A DNA stretch of 35,639 nt from a virus (Duplodnaviria; Caudoviricetes). Below the pieces are notes generated by a model that was given only the letters and a program-made list of their open reading frames with translations, did no database searches and was not told where the DNA came from. This document shows, one piece after another, positions 1 to 7,458 of the stretch; the first letter of the stretch is position 1; the number at the start of each line of letters is the position of its first letter. The DNA lies in IMG/VR virus record IMGVR_UViG_3300020325_000037, positions 1-35,639 of that record; one strand, given 5' to 3'. The translations under genes were made by a program, and so were the position numbers.

Positions 1-165
1 TCTTTTCCTCCACTTAATAAAGATCTCCTTATTAAAATGACTGGTCACCGAAGTGATGGAGACCAGTCGAAGGAGTTCTTCTTCATCAGGAACAGAGTAA
101 TATCTTACTCCATCAATTGTCTCCCTCTCAAGTTGAGGAAGACTCACATCAACATGATTAAACAT
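1..165 (-). CDS. Putative PD-(D/E)XK exonuclease, N-terminal part (runs off the window)
   Basis: Not in the ORF track. Hand translation gives MFNHVDVSLPQLERETIDGVRYYSVPDEEELLRLVSITSVTSHFNKEIFIKWRKR. Its ATG overlaps the phoH stop (TGATG). It resembles the exonuclease that follows phoH in T4-like cyanophages. Confidence 0.75.
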   Translation of the reverse strand, partial: MFNHVDVSLPQLERETIDGVRYYSVPDEEELLRLVSITSVTSHFNKEIFIKWRKR

Positions 166-923
166 CAAAAACCAGATTCCATTTTTGCAATAATATATTC
201 TTTGACGAGTCCAGAACGAACAATATCGTCAACACCAAACTCAATTATATCAAATGAGTCCATTTTACGCAAGATGCTTAAGAAATCAATGATACCATTC
301 TTTTCTTTATCTTTCTGTAAATCAGACTGACGTGCATCACCACAGAAGCAGATCTTGGTATTCTCACCAACACGGGTGATGATACTATCAAGTTCATGGA
401 AGTTCAGATTCTGAAACTCATCAACAATAACGATAGCGTTATCAAGAGTAGTTCCGCGCAAGAATGAAGTAGACCAGAACTTGATAGATTCCTGAGATTT
501 CAGGTTTCCATATAGCATTTCAAAGTCTGCATCACTAGGCATCTGGAACATATACTTCACCATATTCTTATATGGAATCTGGTAAATATCTGCCTTATCC
601 TCATGAGAACCAGGAAGGAAACCAATCTCTCTAGTTGCTACAAGAGAGCGTACAAGGTAGATACGTTCGTAAGGTGTATTTTCACTCAGAACATCACGGA
701 GAGCGTTGTAGAGCGTAATAAAGGTCTTACCAGTACCTGCACAACCATAAGCAACAATATGCTTACCTTTATTATATGAATCAAATAACTGTTTTTGATT
801 ATCTGATAATGGATCAATATCAACCAGGTATTCCTGACTGAGCGGTTTCTTCCGCTTCATCTGCTTTGCCGTGAGTCCAACCCCGATAGGTTGCTCTGCA
901 GATGCTCTTTTTCTTCTTGCCAT
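165..923 (-). CDS. phoH: PhoH-family ATPase
   Basis: Walker A GCAGTGKT, IGFLPG, FLRGTTLDNAIVIVDEFQN, TRVGENTK and GDARQSD are all PhoH hallmarks. Confidence 0.95.
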   Translation of the reverse strand: MARRKRASAEQPIGVGLTAKQMKRKKPLSQEYLVDIDPLSDNQKQLFDSYNKGKHIVAYGCAGTGKTFITLYNALRDVLSENTPYERIYLVRSLVATREIGFLPGSHEDKADIYQIPYKNMVKYMFQMPSDADFEMLYGNLKSQESIKFWSTSFLRGTTLDNAIVIVDEFQNLNFHELDSIITRVGENTKICFCGDARQSDLQKDKEKNGIIDFLSILRKMDSFDIIEFGVDDIVRSGLVKEYIIAKMESGF

Positions 924-924
924 A

Positions 925-1167
925 CTAAATTTTCTTTACTCTAGAACCAGGTGCTTTTGCTGCTTTACCAAGGACATCATTCCATCCAGGATTTCTAGAG
1001 ATTAGTTTGTTATGCCAGTCTCCAACTTCCTGAGCAGAAGCACATCCCTTACTCCAGTCTTTATCCCAATCGGGATTATCTTTACGCCATTGCTCATAAT
1101 CGGCAATGGTCATAGTCAATGTTTGTTCTTCTCCAGTCTTATTATTCTTTACAGGATATATGGGCAT
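925..1167 (-). CDS. Conserved cyanophage small protein (FmdB-like N-terminus)
   Basis: MPIYPVKNNKTGE start and GWNDVL motif; usual position upstream of phoH; late promoter at 1189-1195. Confidence 0.7.
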   Translation of the reverse strand: MPIYPVKNNKTGEEQTLTMTIADYEQWRKDNPDWDKDWSKGCASAQEVGDWHNKLISRNPGWNDVLGKAAKAPGSRVKKI

Positions 1168-1191
1168 AATAATAGTTTCAATGTGATGTAT

Positions 1192-1827
1192 TTAGACCCA
1201 CTCAAGGGCTTCTGCACAAGTTGGGAACTGCTCAATGAACACTTTCTTACAACCTTCTGCAAGGTCCATATGTTCTTTCTGAGTACCGTTAGCAGTCCTC
1301 AGATTAATATAATGAATCCATGAGCGGCATGAACCGGACATATAGATTCTTGTGGGCGTGGCGAGTGGAAGCACAAAACGCGAACACTCCTTTGCGATTC
1401 CCATATCAAGCATTGATTGATAAAGCACCATTGCTTCATCGAAGTGCTTCCTCATTTTAATTTCAAACTCTTGCTTGACGAAAGGATCAATATCATCAAT
1501 AGAGTTTTGACGATTTTTGGTATCCTGACGACGAAGTTCAGGCAGAGGAATTTTTTCCGCAAGCATTGAACTATCAGCGTAGCGTTGTGAAAATTCTTGA
1601 TATGTGAACGAACGGTGCCGGAGCACTTGAGCTGCTACCCCCCTGGTAGTTTCAAGTTCCAGAGTCATAAATGCCTGCTCAAACACAGACCAGTGGTTGT
1701 GCTTAATACAATAACCCAATAGTTTTGCATAGTTGGGATTTTCTTGATTGTTTGGGTTAGACACACGCGCCACGTATGCCATCATCTTCTCCGCATCGGG
1801 AGTTACACTGATCAGTTTTACGCTCAT
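1192..1827 (-). CDS. thyX: Flavin-dependent thymidylate synthase
   Basis: ThyX motif RHRSFTYQEFSQRY, plus HWSVFEQ, AKECSRFVLP and WIHYINLR. Confidence 0.95.
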   Translation of the reverse strand: MSVKLISVTPDAEKMMAYVARVSNPNNQENPNYAKLLGYCIKHNHWSVFEQAFMTLELETTRGVAAQVLRHRSFTYQEFSQRYADSSMLAEKIPLPELRRQDTKNRQNSIDDIDPFVKQEFEIKMRKHFDEAMVLYQSMLDMGIAKECSRFVLPLATPTRIYMSGSCRSWIHYINLRTANGTQKEHMDLAEGCKKVFIEQFPTCAEALEWV

Positions 1828-2000
1828 TTAAATCCTTTCGATACTTTTGATTCTAGCATAGCAAGTTCTTCTTCCAAAACTCGCAATTGTTTCTTCATCT
1901 CAATCAGTTTTTCTTCACTGTAAAGATGCTCTTGCTTCACCAATCTGCGAAGCAGTTTCATATACTTTCTTGCCCGTTCAGTCGGGATACCCGTCGTCAT
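1824..2000 (-). CDS. Hypothetical coiled-coil protein (start revised from 2078; ATG at 1961 also possible)
   Basis: Charged helical sequence ending SKGFK; stop overlaps the thyX start. Confidence 0.65.
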   Translation of the reverse strand: MTTGIPTERARKYMKLLRRLVKQEHLYSEEKLIEMKKQLRVLEEELAMLESKVSKGFK

Positions 2001-2163
2001 CGTTGAATACCTCGTCGTAGTCTGCTTGGTAATAATGTGCTGGATCGTCAAAATTTTCTCTTTTATCCATGTAAGCACTTGGATCAGAGTAAACTTCTGC
2101 TTTCAATCCATCAACTAAGAGTTCAAGATTACGAACGATAAGTTTTAGTCGTTCCTTGTCCAT
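1978..2163 (-). CDS. Hypothetical acidic protein (start revised from 2241)
   Basis: MDKERLKLIVRNLELLVDGLKAEVYSD...DDDGYPD. The longer ORF extension crosses a terminator and a promoter. Confidence 0.75.
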   Translation of the reverse strand: MDKERLKLIVRNLELLVDGLKAEVYSDPSAYMDKRENFDDPAHYYQADYDEVFNDDDGYPD

Positions 2164-2184
2164 AATAGTGTATACACTGCATCT

Positions 2185-2193
2185 ATTATAGCA
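2185..2193 (-). promoter_or_regulatory. Extended -10 promoter TGCTATAAT
   Basis: TGnTATAAT lies just after the terminator U-tract and upstream of ATG 2163. Confidence 0.65.
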
Positions 2194-2194
2194 T

Positions 2195-2219
2195 AAAAAA
2201 AGAGGGGTCGAAACCCCTC
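2195..2219 (-). terminator. Rho-independent terminator
   Basis: GAGGGGT-TTCG-ACCCCTC followed by T7 on the minus strand. Confidence 0.9.
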
Positions 2220-2237
2220 CCATCTTACTAATTTTTC

Positions 2238-2333
2238 TCACTTCTTATGTAAAAGTGTGAGTTCCCCATAAAGTAAACCAAGAAATGCAATGCTAAAAAT
2301 AGAACCTACTGATGCTACTTGTAATGCTTGCAT
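2238..2333 (-). CDS. 31-aa single-TM peptide
   Basis: Not in the ORF track. MQALQVASVGSIFSIAFLGLLYGELTLLHKK, with GAGG SD 5 nt before ATG. Confidence 0.6.
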   Translation of the reverse strand: MQALQVASVGSIFSIAFLGLLYGELTLLHKK

Positions 2334-2340
2334 AGTTGCC

Positions 2341-2508
2341 TCACTTGTTATAAGTGTGACCACGATAGCAGAAAGTGCCGTGTGACTCTTTGCTTTCTAC
2401 ACAACGAGTATCATACTCAACACCACGATATGATGTGTGAGTGATCTGAGCGTCATGCAGTGCTGCTGCTTTCTCGATTTGCTTCTTGATGATAGTAAGG
2501 GTGTTCAT
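2341..2508 (-). CDS. DUF4278-family (YRG-motif) peptide, 55 aa
   Basis: Not in the ORF track. MNTLTIIKKQIEKAAALHDAQITHTSYRGVEYDTRCVESKESHGTFCYRGHTYNK has two YRG..Y motifs; AGGAG SD at 2517-2521. Confidence 0.85.
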   Translation of the reverse strand: MNTLTIIKKQIEKAAALHDAQITHTSYRGVEYDTRCVESKESHGTFCYRGHTYNK

Positions 2509-2551
2509 AGTAGTTGCTCCTGAAATACTAGGGATTTTTAGCCCCGTTCCT

Positions 2552-2722
2552 TCAGTCGTTTGCGTCCCAGTAATGACTACACTCAGGTACAGATTCCTTT
2601 ACGGTCTCTACTAACTCTATAACCACCTTTGGTGATAGTTCTGCTCTGTTTGCTTGGATCCTGAACACTAGTGCATCAGCATCGGCGCATAACATACCAG
2701 AGTATAAAAGTAGTTCTATCAT
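2552..2722 (-). CDS. 56-aa two-cysteine protein inside the riboswitch inner P2 loop
   Basis: Not in the ORF track. MIELLLYSGMLCADADALVFRIQANRAELSPKVVIELVETVKESVPECSHYWDAND, with GGAG 10 nt upstream. Confidence 0.65.
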   Translation of the reverse strand: MIELLLYSGMLCADADALVFRIQANRAELSPKVVIELVETVKESVPECSHYWDAND

Positions 2723-2757
2723 GGGATGAACGCTCCGTTCCGCGACTTACTTGCGTC

Positions 2758-2958
2758 CTATGTATACGCTCCGTTACATTCACCTGGTACTTTTGATTTA
2801 AGGTAAGCGATTAGACTCAACTTCGACCGAAGGTCAAGGTTTGGATCTAATCGGATTTCCGTAGATCTTTGTAACCACCTTTCACAAGACATATGCCAAT
2901 CGTAAGGATTGGCATCATTATGATGGGCAAGGGTGAATGCCAGCAGAAGTGCTAACAT
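2758..2958 (-). CDS. 66-aa two-cysteine protein with hydrophobic N-terminus inside the riboswitch outer P2 loop
   Basis: In the ORF track. The MxC...VPGEC pattern resembles 2552..2722. Confidence 0.65.
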   Translation of the reverse strand: MLALLLAFTLAHHNDANPYDWHMSCERWLQRSTEIRLDPNLDLRSKLSLIAYLKSKVPGECNGAYT

Positions 2959-2977
2959 TGGATGAACGTACTAGAGT

Positions 2978-3006
2978 ATTATAACTCCTATGCACTATGT
3001 AGTCAA
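2978..3006 (-). promoter_or_regulatory. Sigma70-type promoter TTGACT-N17-TATAAT
   Basis: -35 at 3001-3006, -10 at 2978-2983, 17-nt spacer; the predicted TSS falls just before the riboswitch P1. Confidence 0.85.
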
Positions 3007-3013
3007 GTAGTTG

Positions 3014-3029
3014 TGTAACTTATGATACA
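3014..3029. promoter_or_regulatory. NtcA-type binding site TGTA-N8-TACA
   Basis: TGTAACTTATGATACA matches the extended consensus and lies just upstream of the -35 box. Confidence 0.7.
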
Positions 3030-3089
3030 ATTTTAAAAAACTTTAAGAAGTGAAATTTTTGCCGGGATTTTTTCCCCCGATCTGGGAAA

Positions 3090-3359
3090 TCACTTCTTCT
3101 TTTTGGTTTTGGGTCCTTCGTAACCATACAACTTAGGATTGATTCTACCCTCAGTTTGTTTCATAGTCACGAAACCTTTCTTATACTTGTCGTAGTAGTG
3201 ATCAAAGATTTCAGATTGCTTTGCTGCCGCAGCAATATCATATGAACTAGCAGCACCACCTTCAACTTTATATTCAATCAAGAATGAATTGTTAGGCAGT
3301 TCACGATCATCTGCTCTTTCTGGATCGCAGTTTTCAAATAAAATTTTCATAAGATTCAT
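3090..3359 (-). CDS. Hypothetical protein
   Basis: 89-aa ORF whose start overlaps the upstream stop; basic C-terminal tail. Confidence 0.7.
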   Translation of the reverse strand: MNLMKILFENCDPERADDRELPNNSFLIEYKVEGGAASSYDIAAAAKQSEIFDHYYDKYKKGFVTMKQTEGRINPKLYGYEGPKTKKKK

Positions 3360-3967
3360 GAACGGTCTCCCCAGTGAACTTCAGGATATGCTTCCTCTAC
3401 AAGTTCTCTAGTAATTTTGTATTTGGTAGAGAGTTTCTTATCCTTACACAAGCATAGAATCTCTGCTTCAAGAGGATGCAAACCTGAAAGGATGTTGATA
3501 AACATCGTCTCCCTACGAAGCATACTCAAAGAATCATTCCCACCCTTCACAAAGTTATAAAACTTACGAAACTCTGCGCGAATAGTGGTCTTACCTTGAT
3601 CATTTGCGCCAAGAGAACGAGTATCAAGTTCTTCCATCTTGCTTACTGCATCAGCAATCTTTTCGGAGAGGGTTCCTTTGAATCCAGTCTCTCCGTCAAT
3701 TGCTGCATAAGGAACATCACCTTCTGGAAGTACAGAAATTATACTTTCGTCAAAGTTCCATACAAAAAGAGTAATGAGTACAGGTGCTTTGTACTTTTGA
3801 AGTGCTTCGATCTTCCTTGCCTTAGTACGTTGCTTTGAGATTACATCAAAGACTTCGTAAATAAAGGGATTATTAGGAAGATCTGGTAAAGGTGCTGGTG
3901 CTGCTGCCTTTTTGCGAGGAGCAGCAGGTTTCTTAGCCCTCGTCGTCGTTTTCTTCGCTGTCGTCAT
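3356..3967 (-). CDS. Conserved T4-like cyanophage hypothetical protein (start revised from 4000)
   Basis: K/A/P-rich N-terminus; motifs WNFDESIISVLPEGDVPY and RRETMFINILSGLHPLEAEIL. Confidence 0.75.
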   Translation of the reverse strand: MTTAKKTTTRAKKPAAPRKKAAAPAPLPDLPNNPFIYEVFDVISKQRTKARKIEALQKYKAPVLITLFVWNFDESIISVLPEGDVPYAAIDGETGFKGTLSEKIADAVSKMEELDTRSLGANDQGKTTIRAEFRKFYNFVKGGNDSLSMLRRETMFINILSGLHPLEAEILCLCKDKKLSTKYKITRELVEEAYPEVHWGDRS

Positions 3968-4160
3968 AATAGTTTTCAAAATTGAATGCAATAACCTCAT
4001 CTGGGATCAAGTTACCTTGACCATCAAACATTTCGGGGTGAGGTCTTGGAACTTCCCGATAGTTCATCATATATTCTCTAGCAGTCCATCCTCCAATTAG
4101 TCCCACTACAAGAAACAGGATGGTCAAAAATGAACCGAAGACTAAACTTACTGCTAACAT
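3933..4160 (-). CDS. Small membrane protein
   Basis: N-terminal TM helix, HPEMFD motif, acidic tail, and GAGG SD upstream. Confidence 0.75.
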   Translation of the reverse strand: MLAVSLVFGSFLTILFLVVGLIGGWTAREYMMNYREVPRPHPEMFDGQGNLIPDEVIAFNFENYYDDSEENDDEG

Positions 4161-4178
4161 TGTTCTTACCTCTGGGAA

Positions 4179-4325
4179 CTAACTTTTCTTCCTTGTCTTA
4201 AAGGAAAATTCGAAATAGATAGTTACTTCCCTCTTGAAGAAGCAAACCATCTTTTCAAAGATTATATGAAATGGTTTAGATTGCTTCTTCCCTCCATTAA
4301 GAATGAGTTCAACCCCACGATTCAC
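4179..4325 (-). CDS. Small basic hypothetical protein (probable GTG start)
   Basis: Lies downstream of the late promoter at 4343-4349; the longer ORF to 4397 overlaps the glutaredoxin. Confidence 0.55.
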   Translation of the reverse strand: MNRGVELILNGGKKQSKPFHIIFEKMVCFFKREVTIYFEFSFKTRKKS

Positions 4326-4356
4326 CTCGCGGGTACTGACTTTATTTATGTCTTGA

Positions 4357-4593
4357 TTAGATAACTTTCTCTTCTCTGAGAAACTGAATGGTGTCAACGC
4401 ATCCTCCTAAATTTTTATCATCACAAACAACCTGTGGGAAGGTAGAACCCTCACCAAACTTATCATAGAACTCTTGTCCTGTAAAGTCCCTACCAAGTTT
4501 GTACTCAACAAATTGCTTACCAGTCATTTCTAGGACAGTCATCACTTTACTACAGTAAGGACATCCATTCTTTGAATATACTAAAAATTTCAT
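4357..4593 (-). CDS. nrdC: Glutaredoxin (NrdC-like)
   Basis: CPYC active site, TFPQV cis-Pro loop and GG turn; start revised to MKFLVYSK. Confidence 0.9.
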   Translation of the reverse strand: MKFLVYSKNGCPYCSKVMTVLEMTGKQFVEYKLGRDFTGQEFYDKFGEGSTFPQVVCDDKNLGGCVDTIQFLREEKVI

Positions 4594-4606
4594 ACTAAGT
4601 GAATAC

Positions 4607-4629
4607 ACACTCAGTAATTATAGCACATC
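4607..4629 (-). promoter_or_regulatory. Extended -10 promoter of the glutaredoxin; near-identical copy at 22877-22899
   Basis: GATGTGCTATAATTACTGAGTGT, 22/23 identical to the second copy. Confidence 0.6.
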
Positions 4630-4635
4630 CTAGAT

Positions 4636-5421
4636 TTATATTGAGTCGGGATATCTTACAACAACTCTTCCGTCATTACCAGGGCGTCCATTATCGAATG
4701 GTGTTTGACAACAAGCACCACCAGTACCACCATCACCATAATTATCACCACTTCCGGGTACAATATAAGGATAGTACCAAAGACTAGAAGGTTGAGGTGG
4801 ATTGTTTTGCATACCATTAGGACCGCCAGGTCTTCCAGAACCCGCACCGCCAGCACCAGAGAAAACAGAAGATCCGTTAGCCCAGCCACTAACAGAACCA
4901 GATGGTCCGCCAGGACCAATATATGCTGGAGGACCTGAACCATAATTTCCTCCTCCAGATTCCAAATTTCCAGGGGATGATGGGTTTCCAACAAAGGATG
5001 AATCTTTACCTCTCATCTCTGGTCCAGGTTGTCCAGGAAATGAATTGGGTCTAAATCCACCAGCACCTACTGTAACAGCATAATCTCCAGGTAAGATACT
5101 ATCACCCAAATTATGAACTCTGGTGCCGCCTCCGCCGCCGCCACCACCAGATGGGTTTCCACCTCCAGGTTGTCCGTAGTTTCCAGCTGCTCCAGAAGCT
5201 TGAACAAGTACCTCTATGTTACTACCAGTTCCCTGTGTAACTTGGAAAGTTGAGGAACCTACCTCAAATACATGATAGTAATAACCACCTGTTGGTCCAC
5301 TTTTAGATCCACCATTTGCTAAAAAAGGAAGATTGGCTGGATCAACTCCACCTCTACCAACGCCACCACCTAATCCTGCTAATGCCTTGAGTGGTGCTTC
5401 TTTTTTATTCCATCCAAACAT
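4636..5421 (-). CDS. Glycine-rich adhesin-like protein 1 (261 aa)
   Basis: YYYHVF / IEVLVQASG / VTVGAGG / GRVVVRY scaffold with polyglycine runs; KKEAPL N-terminus. Confidence 0.75.
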   Translation of the reverse strand: MFGWNKKEAPLKALAGLGGGVGRGGVDPANLPFLANGGSKSGPTGGYYYHVFEVGSSTFQVTQGTGSNIEVLVQASGAAGNYGQPGGGNPSGGGGGGGGTRVHNLGDSILPGDYAVTVGAGGFRPNSFPGQPGPEMRGKDSSFVGNPSSPGNLESGGGNYGSGPPAYIGPGGPSGSVSGWANGSSVFSGAGGAGSGRPGGPNGMQNNPPQPSSLWYYPYIVPGSGDNYGDGGTGGACCQTPFDNGRPGNDGRVVVRYPDSI

Positions 5422-5436
5422 TATACTTATCTCCTA

Positions 5437-6414
5437 TCAAGCGTGGTTAGTCAAAGATGCAAAGACTTGAAAATTATTATTGTACTTATAAATGGTAAAA
5501 GTATAAACATCATATCCAGAAGTTCCTGCTGCAGATGGGGCAGAACCACCAGCCCAGAAAATATTACTTCCTGGCGTTAAAGTAGTACCATCAATTTTAA
5601 ATGCCGTCATATAATTACTTGAATTATTTACAGCAGTCGTCATCATATATGAAAGTGATGTCTCTGGACCTATCATACTACTAAGAGTATAAGTTTCATC
5701 TCCTCTCAAATTAATTGTAAATGGTCCAGCAGCATTAGTATGATTAAGGTATACGTTACCACTCTGCAAAAGGTTAATAGTTTTATCGCCAGTCAATCCT
5801 GTTGAATCATGGATGCATTTTTCACTCAATGAGGTTAGAAATTCAACTTGTCTATTATCACCATGAATTCTTATATGTGTACCTCCTGCAACACCAAGAG
5901 TTAAATCACCACTTCCAAATCCAATTAAAGCAGTAGTTCCTCCAGAAGCAGTTACACGTCCAACAGTATTACCATCACTACGAAAATCAATTACTCCTCC
6001 AGTAGTACCATTAATATCTAAAGATCCATATGCTGCTGAGTAAACGTGTGGAGTTGTGGTCCCAATACCAATCCTAGTACCAGAAGTAATCTGCCCATCA
6101 ACTGCTAAACTATCAACCGATGTAACAGCAGTATCGATAGTTGTTGTGGTTCCGTTTACGTTCAGATTACCAGATATCGTTGTGTCGCCAGTAATAGTAG
6201 CACCAGAAGTAGTTGCCTGAACTCTAGTAGCACTATTAGAATCGACAAGAGAAGATGAATCAGCACTGATTCCAGAGAGTTGAGAACCATCTCCACTAAA
6301 AGATGTTGCTGTTACAACACCTGTAACACTAAATCCAGAAGCAACTCCATTTGGGAGATGAGGTCCGCCACTTCCTGCTCTATTAACAAGTTTATCAGCT
6401 CTAATTCTGGACAT
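5437..6414 (-). CDS. Tail-fibre carrier protein (325 aa)
   Basis: MSRIRADKLVN start, TATSFSGDGS, GNLxVNGTTTTID shaft, and C-terminal WxGGSAP..YDVYTFTI domain. Confidence 0.75.
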   Translation of the reverse strand: MSRIRADKLVNRAGSGGPHLPNGVASGFSVTGVVTATSFSGDGSQLSGISADSSSLVDSNSATRVQATTSGATITGDTTISGNLNVNGTTTTIDTAVTSVDSLAVDGQITSGTRIGIGTTTPHVYSAAYGSLDINGTTGGVIDFRSDGNTVGRVTASGGTTALIGFGSGDLTLGVAGGTHIRIHGDNRQVEFLTSLSEKCIHDSTGLTGDKTINLLQSGNVYLNHTNAAGPFTINLRGDETYTLSSMIGPETSLSYMMTTAVNNSSNYMTAFKIDGTTLTPGSNIFWAGGSAPSAAGTSGYDVYTFTIYKYNNNFQVFASLTNHA

Positions 6415-6445
6415 TTTATAGTATCTTTTTAGTTATTTATTACGA

Positions 6446-7444
6446 TCAACTCCACCACATGATTACTGCACCAGGTCCACCGTAGAAACCACTACCAGAG
6501 CCAGAACCGCCACCACCAGATCCAAAAAATCCTGCAGCAGTATTACTAGGACTAGTAGTAGATCTTCCCTGTTTTCCATCAAACGCACTTTGACTGCTTG
6601 CATCCCCAAAGAACGGTAAATTTGAAACTAAAGAATACTGAAAGGTGTCACTAGGAACTGCATGTACTCCTCTAAGACTATCATAAAGATTGGAATCTGA
6701 AAAATTAACATTACTATTTCCTGGACCTCCGCCTGGACCTCCACCATCTCCGCCTGCGCCGGCACCACACCATGGCATTCTTGACTCTCCTCCAGAGAAA
6801 CCAGATCCACCGCCTCCACCTGTTGCTCCAGGATATCCATGGTTATTATCACGACCTTCACCACCAGTCATAGTATAAGCGTATTGAATTATAGGATTAT
6901 TAGTGTCAGCATAACCAGAACCACCAGGTGAAGGTCCTCCGTCAGGTCTACTATTTCCTCGATTACCCCTCAATAGTTGTGATCCATTTATTTCAATATA
7001 ACTAGGGTCTGAATTTGGACTCGAATGAGTATGACCACCTCTACCAGCACTCATATTAATAGTAGTTCCATGAGCAGGTCTAAGATCTATTTTTGCAAAT
7101 GCATATCCTCCTCCACCACCACCATCTCCAGCTCCAGCTCCATTACCACCACCGCCACCACCAATACAAACACAATAAGCCCAATCTATTGCACTAGGTA
7201 CTGAAAATGTTTCAGTATCCCCTGAAAAATATCCAGGTGTTGAGTTTGATCTAGAAGCACCACCTCCACTATAATTTCTTATATCACTACCAACTAGTGC
7301 AATACCTTTTCTATTATTCCAAACCCATAATTTATTACTAGTACCAGCACTAAAACTATGATTACTTGATCCCGCTAAAAATCCTGGAGAATTTTCTAAT
7401 GGGTCAATAAGAGCACCCAGTCCAACAAGTATTTGTTGCATCAT
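6446..7444 (-). CDS. Glycine-rich adhesin-like protein 2 (332 aa)
   Basis: TFSVP..VCIGGGGGG..GGPGAVIMWW scaffold; MMQQIL N-terminus. Confidence 0.75.
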   Translation of the reverse strand: MMQQILVGLGALIDPLENSPGFLAGSSNHSFSAGTSNKLWVWNNRKGIALVGSDIRNYSGGGASRSNSTPGYFSGDTETFSVPSAIDWAYCVCIGGGGGGNGAGAGDGGGGGGYAFAKIDLRPAHGTTINMSAGRGGHTHSSPNSDPSYIEINGSQLLRGNRGNSRPDGGPSPGGSGYADTNNPIIQYAYTMTGGEGRDNNHGYPGATGGGGGSGFSGGESRMPWCGAGAGGDGGGPGGGPGNSNVNFSDSNLYDSLRGVHAVPSDTFQYSLVSNLPFFGDASSQSAFDGKQGRSTTSPSNTAAGFFGSGGGGSGSGSGFYGGPGAVIMWWS

Positions 7445-7458
7445 ATCTAATTACCTCC

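Larger units (their letters stand above)
2545..2968 (-). ncRNA. Glutamine riboswitch-like element (glnA / Downstream-peptide type), nested double aptamer
   Basis: Minus strand reads CGTTC-A-TCC[ORF]GGA-CGCAAGTA-AGTCG-CG-GAACG-GAG-CGTTC-A-TCCCA[ORF]TGGGA-CGCAAA-CGACT-GAAG-GAACG. Pairings P1 CGTTC/GAACG and P3 AGTCG/CGACT and an E-loop AGTA/GAA are visible. It lies upstream of DUF4278. Confidence 0.75.

Noticed and set aside
1-165. Cas4-like nuclease as evidence of a CRISPR system
   Set aside because: No repeat-spacer array or other cas genes seen; it fits the stand-alone exonuclease beside phoH.
925-1200. Pho box upstream of phoH
   Set aside because: No convincing tandem PhoB/SphR repeats seen; only a late-type promoter.
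2164-2241. N-terminal extension of ORF 1978..2241
   Set aside because: It crosses a terminator and a promoter; ATG 2163 is the better start.
3050-3090. Weak CGGG/CCCG inverted repeat after the 89-aa gene as a terminator
   Set aside because: Short stem, A-rich loop and no adjacent U-tract on the minus strand.
2200-3090. tRNA genes in the ORF-poor interval
   Set aside because: No cloverleaf or TTCGA T-arm context; the interval is explained by small ORFs and the riboswitch-like RNA.
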